A stretch of DNA of 32,000 bases from Bacillus subtilis subsp. subtilis str. 168 (GTDB lineage Bacteria > Bacillota > Bacilli > Bacillales > Bacillaceae): the NCBI RefSeq assembly GCF_000009045.1, contig NC_000964.3, forward strand, positions 2,370,001 through 2,402,000, given 5' to 3'. Made by a program: the position numbers and the translations under genes. Under the pieces are notes generated by a model. That model ran no database searches. It was not told the DNA's origin and saw only the letters and a program-made list of their open reading frames with translations. Shown in pieces: positions 31,959 to 32,000 of the stretch; the stretch's first letter is position 1, and each line of letters opens with the position of its first letter.

Positions 31959-32000
31959 TTCTGTCAACTCCTGCGATTGGCATTTCACTTCATATTTTCT

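Overview
I see no novel system in this window, and no mobile element, CRISPR array, rRNA/tRNA gene, large repeat or defence island. The window is collinear with the Bacillus subtilis 168-type chromosome. I recognised this from the translated proteins and gene order, from memory, with no search run.

On the minus strand the genes run from high to low coordinates:
- ypdA(bdr), prsW, sleB-ypeB, motI(ypfA), ypfB, cmk, ypfD, fni
- one plus-strand micro-ORF
- yphA-seaA-ypzH, der-gpsA, yphE-yphF, spoIVA, hbs
- folE(mtrA)-mtrB (TRAP)
- hepS-menG-hepT (the gerC menaquinone side-chain locus), ndk, cheR
- the aro supraoperon: aroF-aroB-aroH, trpEDCFBA, hisC and the 5' part of tyrA

37 of the 38 coding regions are on the minus strand, and coding density is high. 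The ORF track uses the most upstream ATG/GTG/TTG. I therefore trimmed many starts to the codon with a Shine-Dalgarno (SD) sequence.

The clearest non-coding element is the trp leader. It carries 11 (G/U)AG triplets, which form the TRAP binding site, plus an attenuator terminator. The TRAP gene itself lies about 7 kb away in the same window.

The points most worth a second look are:
- a single-codon (Ile) shortfall in trpC, consistent with the trpC2 allele of strain 168
- a probably over-extended hepT start
- two micro-ORFs below the ORF-track cutoff (43 aa and 58 aa)
- the poorly understood, translationally coupled yphA-seaA-ypzH triad
- the yphE-yphF pair
- a roughly 200-nt structured untranslated tail downstream of gpsA
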